Shown piece by piece: positions 40,953 through 53,800 of a stretch of 64,000 nt of DNA (positions are counted from its first letter, which is position 1; each line of letters begins with the position of its first letter). The DNA is from Ramazzottius varieornatus (Eukaryota; Animalia; Tardigrada), in assembly GCA_001949185.1 (NCBI GenBank), contig BDGG01000002.1, positions 372,001-436,000 on the forward strand. The letters run 5' to 3'. The position numbers and the translations under genes were made by a program. Below the pieces are notes generated by a model. That model saw only the letters and a list, made by a program, of their open reading frames with translations, made no database searches and was not told the DNA's origin.

Positions 40953-43201
40953 CTACACTGTAACAAAGGGGGAGCGAATGCATGTTAGTACAGTACGGCA
41001 TGGTACAAAACGTGGTGCGGAACTTTCAGACGTTGTTGTTGTTGTTGTTGGTGGTGGTGGCTTTCTTGGCTTCGATGGTGCGCACATAGTTATCGTTGAT
41101 CCTCTGATAGATGTCCAGACGGTCGGAGAGAGCCTGTGTTCGTTCAAGGAGCGCCGCTACGGTAGCAGGCGGTCGGCTGCAGTGCAGGAGATACTGAAAG
41201 CACTGCATGTAGTGCGCGTACAGGAAGCGGTGCGTTTCCGCGTCCGGCGAGCAATCGTCGTCTGATGCTACAATGGGCCCAATTTGCACTTCCAGTACAC
41301 AGGCTGACAACTGAGGATGTGTGTCAGTGTTTGAGTGATAAAGTATACGAAGAGACTTACTGCGGTCCGGCCGCAAGTTCTGTGCGGCAAAGAGAAGAAA
41401 GCTTTCAAGCGGACCCAGATGTAAACTGCGGAGTTGGCCGGTAAAGTCTAGGACGCTGTCGATGTAGCTTTGGCTGACAATCTGCTAGTACCAATAACGT
41501 CCGTAATGGATACGGTCGGGTCCCGCCAGGATGTAACTGTCGTCACTGTGAAAGTACGGTGCGTGGACAAACTACAACAAGGGAGAAATCCCTGAGAATC
41601 GTTGAAGGATAATTGAGCTGGTACAGCGGTATATGACTGTAGTCTACTAACCAGCCAGCTGTTACTCCATTTGACTGCTAGCAGGCGTTGCTGCTGGGCA
41701 GGTTGCAGGTCGGTGAAACCGGGAAGTTGGTAGGTAAAGTCGCAATGGCGCTGGACATGTAAGGTCAGATAATTGGATATGACCACCATCATCTTTTGCG
41801 GGGAGATTTGAGACTGGTACTACAGAACGCAAAGCTGAACGTCATCGGTTACACAGCGAATGGGCATTGGGGGGATGAGAACTTACAGGGACAATGCCGT
41901 TGAGGCGCGCCTGGCACATGAAGGCATTCCAGCAGGCGAATTGCTGGCCAAAGACAGAGTCCATAGCGTGCTGTACCGTCTTGATAGTTCTCTCCAGTCC
42001 GACGTTCAGCGCCTTCAAGAAGGTACTGTGCGTCGAGGGAGAGCTGTTGGGCGACAGGATGATGCGGTGGCGCTCGCCGGCGTAGTCACCGAGTCGGCGC
42101 GGCACAGCGACCTCCACTGCGCCCTCAGCTGCGAGCACCCCTCGCACCTTCTGCCAGCTGTCTTCCCGCACTTTTTGTGCCAAGGCCAGATCCTCTTTCA
42201 CTGTTGCCTCCGTCGAGGCCATGACCAGTGCCGGCTGGTAATGAAGAGGCGGAAGGAGGAGAAGATAGACGGGTCGATGATGCAGCGGCTGTGCCTTGCA
42301 GACCGCTGTTGACGGTGAGGGCGAGATGGGAATATCGGCCATCGGCATATTTCTTCGAGCTACTCGACCCCTCCTTCTGGCTAACACACAAATAGTTAAA
42401 CAAGATTAAACCCACTGATCACTTTGCCATTAAATTTTATCGTCTGTTACTTTAATGCTTCACATTTCAATACGGATTAAATCTTGTTTTCCACCTTGTT
42501 GTCCTCTCACATGCTGAACGCTCTGAAACATTCATTTTCTGGCTATTGAATTTGGTCTCTTTGAGATTTTGCCTGAATTTGATACTGTATGTTGTCATTG
42601 TGGGGCACTGTTTGAGTGCTGGTGAACAGCAGCAGCTTTCGGCGTTTAAATGATACTGTAGACCGCCCACTGCTTCCACGTGAGCGCGTTGGAGCGGTTG
42701 AGAAAATGGAACAGCGATGACGTTATTATGACCGATAATCGTTATCTATATTCTGCGCTGCTTCACTCGACAATCCTGCGTTTGCTAAATTTGCTAATGC
42801 TACATATTGGCTGCCTACTTACCTTGAAGACTCATTCCCATCGACAAACACTTTTGATATCGACAACCCTGACACAAATCCGGTGTCCAGCCCGTACTGG
42901 CAATCGTCCAGCTGCCTTTCAATTTGCATTTATACGATGCGGGATTAGCCAGAGCCCGCTTGAACACCGCCTGAGAAGATATATCAAAAAACTAAACTGG
43001 TTGGTGGGAAAAAAAGCTCAGAGAAACGATTGGAAATTTACAGCCAATCCATTATTATGGAATGATGAGGCGTACCTTGCATCCTTCGCAAGCCGTTACT
43101 CCATAATGAACACCCGTCGAACGCGAGCCGCAGATCTTGCAGTGGCTGACTTTGGCGGCATAAGTCAGCTCCGAAGACATGTCGTCCAGGCGCGCCATCA
43201 T
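40953..43201 (-). CDS. Divergent nuclear hormone receptor (C4 zinc-finger DBD + LBD)
   Basis: Exon 43201-43076 [22 protein letters not shown]. Exon 42970-42823 [45 protein letters not shown] signature [20 protein letters not shown]. The 3' end is approximate. Confidence 0.85.
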
Positions 43202-44315
43202 GTTGAGAGGATAAGATGAGCCTTCCGTCCAATGTAAACGCTAATTCTCGACCGTCAAAACGAGACGTAGACCACAGTATATACACTACTTCCACAGCTC
43301 AGGGAAAAGAAACGTCAATCGAGCGATGCTCTGTCGTAATCACATGGTACACGTAATTTTTGCCCATCATATTCGAATTCTGTAATGACGGCACAGCCAT
43401 AAAACTTGCTTGATCGGAGAGTAGACCTGACGTGTGGGTACACAACGCAGTGTGGCACAAATCCACTTAGGTCTACGGCTCTACAGTGCAGTAATCAATA
43501 GAGAAAATTATTTTCCTTCCAGGTATACGCTTGACTGCCTTGTGCATTGCCTTTGTTCACAGTGCACAACAAGGTTCTCCGACACTTATCCCGTCCACTT
43601 CGACGCCCAGTTATGGCGTCGGAAAGAAGAACGCAACTATACTTAGCACATCCCTCTACAGCACATACCTCTACTTCAGGTGCAAATACCGGCGCAAAAC
43701 AGCAGCCAGGTACCTCATTAAAATGACTTTCATCAGTCATGACGAGCAAGGAGAGTCGGATCAGTGGCCTCGTCTGAAATCGAGAAACCGCACATCCTGC
43801 CCTCGAACTTTCCGGGCAAAACCTTTCCCAGTTGGGGCTGGTGGCGCCATCTGTCGTGGGTTGCTGAAGGGGACATTTTTGACCATGCAAAGCTGCGCAT
43901 TCTGCAGCTTTTGCTGAAGCAAGCTGCTTTCTGGTCTAGTCAGCCGAGCAGCTACTGTGCAGCGAGATGCCTGCTGCGTTAAGTTTATCGATTTCCCAAA
44001 AGTGGTAATAGAGTACGATCAAGGCATAATCCGGTCCAAAGAGATCACAGGCTGTATAGTCGGCCCGGCGCAGGCAGCGAACGTCTCAACCAAATGTTGT
44101 GCTCCCGGTTTAACGGCTCATTCAGCAGGCCAACTACGTGGCCCACCGACTTGCCTCCATCAACCATCTCACGATCATCTCATCCTTCTTTGTTTCTCCG
44201 CCTAGCCAGGCTTACCTGACTGAATCTAGCTGCGGCGAAACCTGCTCAAACATCGCTCGCGCAATGAGGCCAATATTGGTGCTTTCATGACGTGATTGCA
44301 CAAGAAGGAGACGCC

Positions 44316-46426
44316 ATGGGAAGATCAGATGGTAAGTCATTCGGTAAATAAAATCAAATAAAGAGAAAAAGCCAGTCTGCCGCGTGATTGATTGCTTGCT
44401 TGCTCTGCTGGCCGTTGCTACGCTCGGCATGGTGCATGACGTCACGGATTGCTCAATTCTGTGTTCGGATCTACCGAAGATCAGTGCCATTTCGCGATGA
44501 CGCCCTGAGTATAGTTTGAGCGAAATGGCTTGTGGAGATTGCCTTTATTCACTTGATTGTCTGTTGTGTTTGGACGCCTGGACGCGGCCACTCTACGCTG
44601 TGTTTCCTCCATTACAGAATACACCGACCTGAACCAGCAGCGGAAGCCCGCATGGAAGCCCGATCTGGATGCCAAGACAGTATTACTATCCTTTCTGGGG
44701 ATGGGCCTTTGTTTTGTCCCCATCGGAGTGGGTTTGCTCATGGCTTCCGACAGCGTACGCCAAGCATCATCTTCCACAAGACTTTGGCAGTTTCCTTCAA
44801 GTACTATGTGCTCTGTTGTAGGTGCAAGAGCTGGTTCTGGACTACACTTTCTGCCTGCGGGTCCCTCAGAAGAACGACCCCATCCGGCCCTTCAGTTCTC
44901 CGACCTGCGCGGGTTACATTAACCAGCGGCCGGCCAAGTGCATTTGCCATGTCCCCTTCAGCCTACCCGACGGTCTGCCCGGCAGTGTCGTCATCTTCTA
45001 CGCCCTCAGTCGCTTCTACCAGAACCATCGCTTCCTGATGAAGTCCCGCGACGAGTTCCAGTTGATGGGCGACATCTTGCCCTTGAGCTGGAATTGCCAT
45101 CCCTTCGACTATATCAATGGCTCGGCTATCGTCCCTTGCGGCTCATTCGCTAACGCCCTCTTCAACGGTATACTACAAATTCACATTGCCTTGACGTACT
45201 CGCCCTACCGATGTCTCTGTCCTAGATACCATTCGGCTGGAGACCAAGAATGAAACGGTTCCTTTGCTGCGGACCGGGCTAGCTTGGCCCTTGGAAAAGC
45301 AGCTTTTCGGCAACCCCAAAGGCAGGCCGCTCAATGAAAGTAAGGGACATTTTCCCCTCCAGTATTCTTTCTGGCCAAAGTCCATAGCCACATGTCAGAT
45401 CGTCTTGCTTCTTTAGGCTACAAGGACTTTGTGAAACCGCCGTCTTGGTCGAAGAATATTTGGGAGCTGGACCGCGACACCCCCTTCAACAACGGCATGG
45501 AAAACGAGGGTACAAGTTTGACACACGCTGACTTCAAAATTCAAATGGAAGCATCGTCCACCCCCTTGAGCATGTTTCTCTTTCAGATTTCATCATATGG
45601 ATGAGGCCGGCAGCTTTCCCGAATTTCCGCAAGGTTTTCCGTCGGGTCGACGAGTCACATGTAGCTTATCGTGATGGCATGCCCAAAGGAAACTACACCT
45701 TCATCATTGACTACAGTAAGCACCAAGCGGCGATGATATCATGGCAAATGCATTGGCAGCAGTTGACAGTTACAGCATGAGCTCATGGGAAAACAATCGT
45801 TCAACTTTGCGTCACTTCTGCTGTCTTTTCAGATTACCCCGTAACGGCCTACGGTGGCCGTAAGTTCCTCGTCGTCTCGAACGCTTCGGCCTTCGGAGGC
45901 AAGAACCCCTTCCTGGGCATAGCCTATATCGCTACAGGCTGTTGTTTGGTGGTTTTGTCCTTCGTTATGTGGATCCTTCATATGAAATATGGCATACGGT
46001 AAATTGCATTCGGCAAACTCGCCAAGGATTGTTTCCAAAGTGGTGCATTTTTATTTTCGTTTTCCAAGTGGCGCACGCTTTCAGAGCCACTTGGAAGAAC
46101 GAAGTCTCGACCAGTTTGATTATTTTCCGAAGTGGCGCACTTTCACAGTGTAATTGACTGAAAGCGTGAGTCACTTAGAAAGACGATCTTGTTCAGTTTG
46201 ATTATTTTCCGAAGTGGCGCGGTCTTTCAGCGTTGTTGGCTGGAAGTGTGCGCCACTGGACAAAGCGATCTTGTCCAATTTGTTTACCCAGCTACTGGTT
46301 TTTTGGTTTCTGCTGTTATTCTTATTTAGTAAAACTGTTACTTTTGATCAACTGTAACATGGTATTACTTCTTACAGGGAGGATGAAGCGCTAGACGTTC
46401 GCAAGACGGATCCGTTTTACTTTTGA
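44316..46426 (+). CDS. CDC50: CDC50/TMEM30 flippase beta subunit
   Basis: LNQQRKPAWKP; IFYALSRFYQNHR...[56 protein letters not shown]; last exon REDEALDVRKTDPFYF*. Confidence 0.93.
46037..46285. repeat. Palindromic intronic array, ~3-4 units, ~82-bp period
   Basis: Left arms at 46065, 46129 and 46211; right arms at 46166 and 46248 (25-nt spacers); repeated linker CAGTTTGATTATTTTCCGAAG; last CDC50 intron. Confidence 0.88.
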
Positions 46427-47080
46427 ATCTCCAAAGACGTTGAGCTGATGAATGGTGACGGTTTGACGCATGTGTCCGCCGTTCTGATAAAGTCATTGTT
46501 GTGATAGTTTGCCAGAAAGGCAAAGTTTGCAATTGTATTTGATGTGTCATTAATTTTAATTTCATCACTCTCGTCATCTAGCTATTCATAGTTGTCGTTT
46601 TACGGTAAAACTTTTACCCATGTGAATATGGGCATGTGCCAGTTTGATCACTCGCTTAACATGATTCATGTTTAACTTTTTATCATCACTCGATACAATA
46701 AGGTTGTCGTTTTAGAGCCGGTTCGTTGGCGCACGCACTGCTTTGTCCCCTTTCTGCCCTACAGTATCTTTACAGCCTCAAGGAAAACCACGTAACTTTC
46801 CTGTTTGGTGATTTGTTTTGATGTCTTCAAGAAATATTCGCAGTGTTAAATTTACTTTTCCCGCGAATAAATTATCAGAGGTTTTGTTTGACTCTTGGTG
46901 AATTCGACGGGTTTCTCAAGCTTCTATATCAATATTTCACATTTCGAGTCTATAGTTTCTCCCGATTGCTTCCTTCTGGTTCTGGCCAAAGGGCAGGCTG
47001 AACAGCAAGGCTGGGCGCTTCTGAGGGAGGACTGTTGACGTTCGGAGCGGAAGAGCTGTCCGCGAAGAAGGGTAGTTTTC

Positions 47081-47152
47081 GCGATCGACCACTTCCGCCG
47101 TCTTCGCGTAGTATGGCTGTCCCCGAGTTCGACTCCCGGTCGCAGTTTTTTT
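47081..47152 (+). ncRNA. tRNA-like / Pol III-type element (B-box + T7 terminator), possibly a tRNA-Gly-derived pseudogene
   Basis: GAGTTCGACTCCCGG B-box; GCGATCG can pair with CGGTCGC; followed by TTTTTTT; no intact cloverleaf. Confidence 0.35.
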
Positions 47153-47234
47153 GATTCTTTGGCGGGATTAATTCAATTGCAAGTTGCTTTTTAACCGCTG
47201 TGAATTTTCCTCAAAAATTTGGCACCCAAAAAGC

Positions 47235-47305
47235 TGCGGCACCCGGGAGTCGAACCCGGTTCACATGCTTGGGAAGCACGCATACTACCGGTGTACTAGT
47301 GCCGC
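47235..47305 (-). tRNA. tRNA-Gly(CCC), 71 nt, short variable loop
   Basis: GCGGCAC-TA-GTAC/ACCGGTA/GTAT-G-CGTGC/TTCCCAA/GCATG-TGAA-CCGGG/TTCGACT/CCCGG-GTGCCGC-A, followed by TTTTT. Confidence 0.9.
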
Positions 47306-47823
47306 ACAAGAAGTTAAATACAGTGCGACTAAATTCCATCATACTGAAAAGCGCCTTTTCACAGTAGGTGCGGCATCATGAAGTGGCATCGAGTTCCGAT
47401 CAATCGACATCGAGCCGTCATATCTTGTTGGAGGCAAACAATATGAAGAACGAGTAATATATATGAATGAATGCAGACAGCTATAAAAAAAAACAAACAA
47501 GTCAAACATGCGGAACTTTGGAGTTAGGGTCCTATTCAATTCCTACCTTCTTTTGCTTTACGAAGCCTTACATTGACTAAGCAAAGCTGATTGGCTGATG
47601 CATGTAAAATGCCTCTCACAACTATGCCATTTCTTGTAAAGTCCAATCAAGACAAGAAACGAAAAACCGCATGTATCCCCCACGTTCCACGTCGGAAATG
47701 CGTGCGGAACAGTGACTTTTGCAAGTGTCACTGTTCTTGCCCAAAATTGTCGAACAGAACCAGTATTTAATTGTCTAATGAAACTAGGCTTGATCACGAG
47801 CTCGAACATTTTTTGAGCCTTGT

Positions 47824-50800
47824 CTAGTTTGTCCTCGGTTCGATCAAGTCGCTGTTTATTTCGGCCCCAGTTTTAGCGAGATCAAAACTGACTTCAGCGT
47901 TGCTCAAAATGAAATCAAGGTCATGGTTATGAGTGATATCCGACGCTATGACGTTCCAGTCTCCTTCTTCCGTCGAAGTGCTCATTACGGAATGCAACTC
48001 CGTAGAGAAGTCGCCACTTGATAGCAAGGCTGTCATCTGCCGAGAACACTCCGTAAAACGAGCCGACATGGCGAAAGATCCCTTTTGTTCTTCCTGAAGA
48101 GTCTTCATTTGACCTTCTAGTCTTTCGTGAAGGTCTCGGGCTTTGGCAATCTCCCTCCGCATCAAACTAATTTTCCTATCTGTTTCCGTATTTCTTTCTC
48201 GATGAAGTTTAAGTTCTCTGCGAAGCCGCTCGTTGTAGTCTAAAGTGTAATGGTCTTTGCCGTGATGGCTATTCTCTTGGGCAAAAGTGCGGAAGGGTTT
48301 GACGTAGATGTTGACTTGGTCCGGTGGAAGTTGTCTAGCCACAAAGTCCTGACGGTCGACTTTGCTGTGGATCAGTGTCTTGAGCTCCTCCACCTCCAGC
48401 TTATGTGTCAGGCCACAATGGGGCAGATGGTCATCGGCTGACTTCATCTGTCTGCCGGATCGGCTTTCTTTATCGATATTCTTGTGGCGATAAACAGCTT
48501 CCATGACCTTGTCGGCTATACTGATCCATTCATTGGCCTGCAAGAAACACTTACGATCAGCGAACGGTACACTGAATAAAGCATGATAAAACGGCGTAGA
48601 CGTGCACATCGTGCCAGTTAATGGACGCAGTGCATGGTGCTCTGGTTTACCTTGATCGAGCACATGCCTCGGCATGACGACACAGCCCTTCCTTCCTCTT
48701 TTCTCGTATTGCCCCATTCGGCCATAAAGTCCAAATTATGACTGAAGTCCATCACTTCCTGGATGAGCTTATCCTCTTCTCCTTCCAGAGTCGTGATCGC
48801 CCGTTCCACGTCACTGTCGCCATGCCGCTTGTACAACTGTTTATATCGTTCTTCTTCAAAGACCAAATCCGGCGTTATCAACAGCATGGCGTTGATACCA
48901 AAAAGGAACATCTTGTCAAGCAATGTGGAGCTTTTGTGCGTCACTGCACCCAACGACTTCTGTAGCTCATTTTCATATTTCAAGGTCCAGCTTGAGGCAG
49001 CCGGCTTTAGCTTTCGTATCAGTTCCTTCAGGCTGGCCTTTTTTACGGCCCTGCTGCCTTTCTCACAACCTTCGGCCGGTTCAAGACACCGCATGATAGT
49101 GTCCAGTTTCTCCATGAAGCAAAAGACATGGCTGGTCAGCCTTCCCGCTTCTCCGCAAAACACAACGCCCCGCTCCTCTATTAGAAACAAGAGTTGGTCC
49201 ATGCTTTCAATAAGATCACCGATGAGCTTGGGCAAGATATCAGGACCACAAATCAAGTTGCGGCATTCCGCATGGTAGGCAAAAAAGTGCTGATATAAAT
49301 GGTGCAGGTCGATCAAAGGTGGGAAAGAGGACAGAAGGGACACGTCCATATCCAGCTGACGTCTGCAGTGGAGCAGATGATTAAAGGTCTTGACGGCCCC
49401 ACTGGCCTCATCCGAATTTTCTTCCCCCTCGGCTTGGTGCAGCGTAGTGCTTGGAAAGCGGTCATGTTGGCCGTGGCAAATCATCGCCGACAAAGCTTCG
49501 CATATCAGAGCTTTAAACTCGTCCTTAACCTTGTTCAGCACATCTTGGTTGGACTGCTGTATGGCTGGCTGGAGCTGCGCTAGTATCCAGTGCGTGTCGT
49601 GGATCCAAGGCTGCAGCACTTTGGGCAAATGCTCAACGCAGTCGCAATCTCCCCAATCGTGTTCGCCATGGACTGCGAAAAGTTTTTCAAAATCTTGTCC
49701 AATGATTTTCAGCTGACTAAAACATATCAAAGATCATATTTCTATATTTGATGTTTATATTTTTGTATGTATTAGGTCTGCCAGTATGACTTTGCGGTTT
49801 TCGGAGGAAAGTTCTGAAAATTCCTATCTCTGACTTTTGGCGGAATCTCGTTTCTTCTCTTCATAAATAACAATAGATACAACAGTCTTTTGCCCACCGT
49901 ATTGGAAACTCTGAAACGTGCATTTGTGTGGTTTTGTACGAGAATGTTTTGTGATCGCAAATTTTAGAAAATTACCTCGACGTAGAGTTCTATTTCTTGT
50001 CGCCACACCATGGCAGCTAAAAATTCAGACACTACGGTAAACAAGACCTCAACGAAGACGCGAGCGACCGATCGTTTCAGTTTTGGCGAGCACAGTCTAC
50101 TCCGTCACTTAGCTAGGTGGTAGAAAACGCTTGGAAAAACTGACATCGGACGATGCATAGCTACTTGCTCTGAAAGCCGGTCGAAAGCAAAACTTTTCAA
50201 ACTTCGAAAGTGGATAGTGAACACATTGGTGTGCTCGTCAAGAGCTTTGGCTCTAGTTTTCGATGAGCAATGATAGAGAAAAAAATTCTCATCTCACTAA
50301 AGCGGCGCACGTCGACAACCGCAACTTTCCACCCTGTTTTGCACAAAACTTCTTTTCAGAACTGTCAAAGCATATCTTTGAGAGTTTTTCTTCTTGCAGT
50401 TGACATACCATCTTCAGTACCATAAAACCTTTCAACCATTCTCGAATCCAAAAATCTTGTTCCGTGCCAAACGTTTTTCAAAGATGTTGTGTTGAGAACT
50501 GAGGTTTACTTCTTCCGACATTTTTCTTGTTTCCTGATTTCTTTGCATTGATCAGATCTTACTTTTGGAAAATCTTTAAGAGTCTCATTGACAGATAGAA
50601 CACCAGCAAAGTTTTGAATCTGTGTACACGAGCTCTGAAAATTCGTTTGAAAGTTTTCCGCCGAAAACTCCAAAAGTCATACTGACAGACCTAATAGATT
50701 CGATATTTACTGTAACTGCAGCCCGAGGCGGCCAAGTGACTACCACCTATAAAATTAGCGCATTCTCGACCGGGTTTTCGTTCAACTTCGAAACTAATTT

Positions 50801-53800
50801 TCTTCGGTTTAAAGTTCTTTTTGCAACCTCTCAAAAAATAACTGGTCAGAAGTCTGCTCAGCAAAAGTCAAAATCGGCGTGAAACCAGGCATGGTGAAAA
50901 GTGGAAACTGCAACCAACTTTCATAGTTCTCGAATTCCATTTCCGAAATTTATTTTCCAGTTTTCAGTTGACGGCATGCGGTGATCTTATTCAGAATAAA
51001 TAGGACAGGGACCTGGCTACTTGAGTAATGGTCAAAAGCATAAATCTTTTGTTTGGGACAAGAGCAACAGTTTTTGCCGCAAAGAGGGATTTACCGGTAA
51101 AACGGCCGAATCTAACAGTCTTAATTTACTTGCCGAGTTGGTTTGGCTATTTCGTGATATTTTTCGGTCTAAATGACAAACTAGGCAGTATTACATGCGT
51201 TAAGATCAAGTGGGGGCTTCATAACCGAATACGGAATTTTAGAAGGTTTTGGTAATGAAGAGGTATCTTCCGCACCGGAAGTCATGCCGATCAGCTTTCC
51301 CAGACCATTTCTCAACCGATGTGAAGTGAAAACAGCTTGAAAATTTCTTTGAAAAGTGTGAAGAAGTGGACGATAAGAAGTAAACTGTTTTTCCATAGCG
51401 CTGTGTCCAAGTGGTAGTCGCTTGGCCGCCTGAGGCTGTATTATTATATTTCCGTATTTGATAGGTGAGGGTCCCTCTCACCACCGAAACCAGTGACGGG
51501 CTCATCTCACCACCGGCTTCAACTGACACACCACCGATGGGCTCCCCTAACCACTTTTGGTTTATTCTTTAATTAGATGAAATGTTGTGATATCAACTAG
51601 GAAATTATTAGTTCACCACTAGCCCACCACGGTGGTGGTTGACTTGTCACTGTCTTTACCAAAGGCCCACAAACGAGCTGCAGGTTTGCAAAAAATTTGT
51701 AGACGCAAGTGGGTTGTCAGTCCTGAACATACAAAATGACAGATCCAAATGCTGTGATCGCGTTAGGAGGCGATTCTCTATCCCAGAAAGGCATCTGTCT
51801 CTGGCAAAGTCTGCGGAGCTGGGTGATCTGGAGTTTTAACGCTAAGAGCTCGACTGAAGCGAAGCTTAGGCGCGGGCGCCCAGCCGCGCGAGGTTCTCTA
51901 AACTACCAGGACAACTTTATTACACCGGACGATGCGGTGGCATGTTTGGCGCAACGGACAACGGAACCACCACCCAACGTCGATCGCAGAGTTGTCCCGC
52001 AAATCGTCGTTCATGAGTAGTCGTATTAGTCCAAACGAGTGTGTACACTGTGGTATGTCTGTCAGTTATTTCTCACCGCACTCGCTGTTCTATTCTCCCA
52101 AAAAGATACTTCTTGCATTTTACACTGTATTTCGACAGCACCGTCTTCCTACAATATTGTTCTTGGTGGTGTATCGGCCACTACCAATCAAAATAGATTT
52201 CTGGGTGGTGGTGCGATGAGCCGTGGGTGGTGTCAAAGTTTTAGATGTTAGTGGTGAGGGGAGCCCACCGATGGGGCGTTAAAACACTAGGCAGCAGGTC
52301 AGAAAGTACGCTGCATCTGTGCTGTGTGGGTTACGTATCCGACTGATACCTCCTTGCTTGCAATGCGTCACCAAAGACTTGAGTTGGTTTATTAACGTTA
52401 GGGTTGGTACAGCTTCCGCGGGCATCGGAAACTGAGATTTCGCTTTGGTCTTGAAGCAGGCTTGCAAGCACGCGTTGAGAAGATGGACTGCGCAGTTTAT
52501 ACGTTCAAAGTCAGAGTCGCGGAAAGCAACCTTGATGTTGCCGCCTTGATCCGTGACCCGTACATGTAGTGCACTGGACACCCTACAATCAAAACACTTT
52601 CAAACACGCCAGTAAAACAGCGTATTACACTATTTAAACTGCAGAGATTTGTTTACCTAAGTAAGATAATTTGGTGTATTCTTGTTCGCAAAAGTCAAGT
52701 GTCATACCCTCACCTTTCATCCGCAGTATAGGTCTGATTTCTTGTAGGAGAGACACGGATTTTTCTGACTCCGCTCCCAATGTAGCTGCTGATTGTCGTC
52801 GGATCAGGAAGCATATCTTTGACCCAAGGTCTGCCAGCATGACCGTACTTCATTGTTACATCGATCAAGCTGTCAATCAGGGCTCTAAATCCTTTGCCAC
52901 TCACTTCTTTAAAGCTTCTTCCGTCTACAGCACAAAATCGAGCACACACCTTGTGGACTTGTTGTTTGGCCACCAAAGGAAGCTTGTGCATTTCCACGAA
53001 GCCCGTTATTCTTGGCTGACTATCTTTTACACCGCACTTCTGGACATGGCGGTTCAATGGATCGGTATGGGTGCTTCGGTCATGCCTCCACACCACCCTG
53101 CTTTTACTGCAGCAAACAAAGTGAAGCCTGTCACCCGAATCTTTATCGACAATACGCCTCATGGTCGACCAAAAGGCTGCTGGTTTCCGACTTCCCAAAA
53201 TTTCCGCTCGCAGGACGAATATATCATCTTTCACCAACTCGCTCACTTCTTCCACAGACATCTTTCTGCAACATTATTCGAGTATCTCATTGCAGCCCTG
53301 TGTTAGTCCGAGCTTCTGGGTGTCCAAATGTGTCTGCTTACCTGGCTTTCTGTTGGATTTCAGAAAGTAGTACCGTGCTTCGTTTGGTAACGATTTTCCC
53401 ACCAGCTGCCCGATATTTCTTTCCGACATTTTCGGACACCTCGTCTTCGTTCTCTCCGGACATTCCGCTTATGTTACCCTCCATCGTAGCTCCAATTTCA
53501 CCAGCTACGGCGATAAATTGCGAGGCAGAAGGATAAGCCGTGAATAACAAACGAAGAAGTAAAACGTCGTGGTGGCTAATACGAACAACTGGGAAGCTTA
53601 TCCACATTTTTCCGTTCAGTTACGTTTGACACACGGAGTTGTTTCAGACGTGGCCTGCACGAAATGCAGGGCTACCAGTCAGCAGTTCTGTCGTCCTGCC
53701 CGAAAGAGCTATTATTGGCACAGTGGCGACGCCGAAGATTCGCACGTGGAATCCAGAGAATTCGGTCTTTTTAGCAAATGTACTGCTGTGCGGCAGGCAA

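Noticed and set aside
46037-46285. CRISPR array
   Set aside because: Eukaryotic intron with no cas genes; the spacers share palindromic edges and there are only 2-3 of them. Treated as a palindromic minisatellite.
47235-47305. Nematode nev-tRNA-Gly(CCC) with a leucine-type arm
   Set aside because: The variable loop is only 4 nt; nev-tRNAs have a long V-arm.
47824-49730. Transposon- or virus-encoded ORFs next to the TE cluster
   Set aside because: They lie outside the TIR pairs and show no RT, integrase or capsid motifs; better explained as 3' exons of the AXDND1-like gene.
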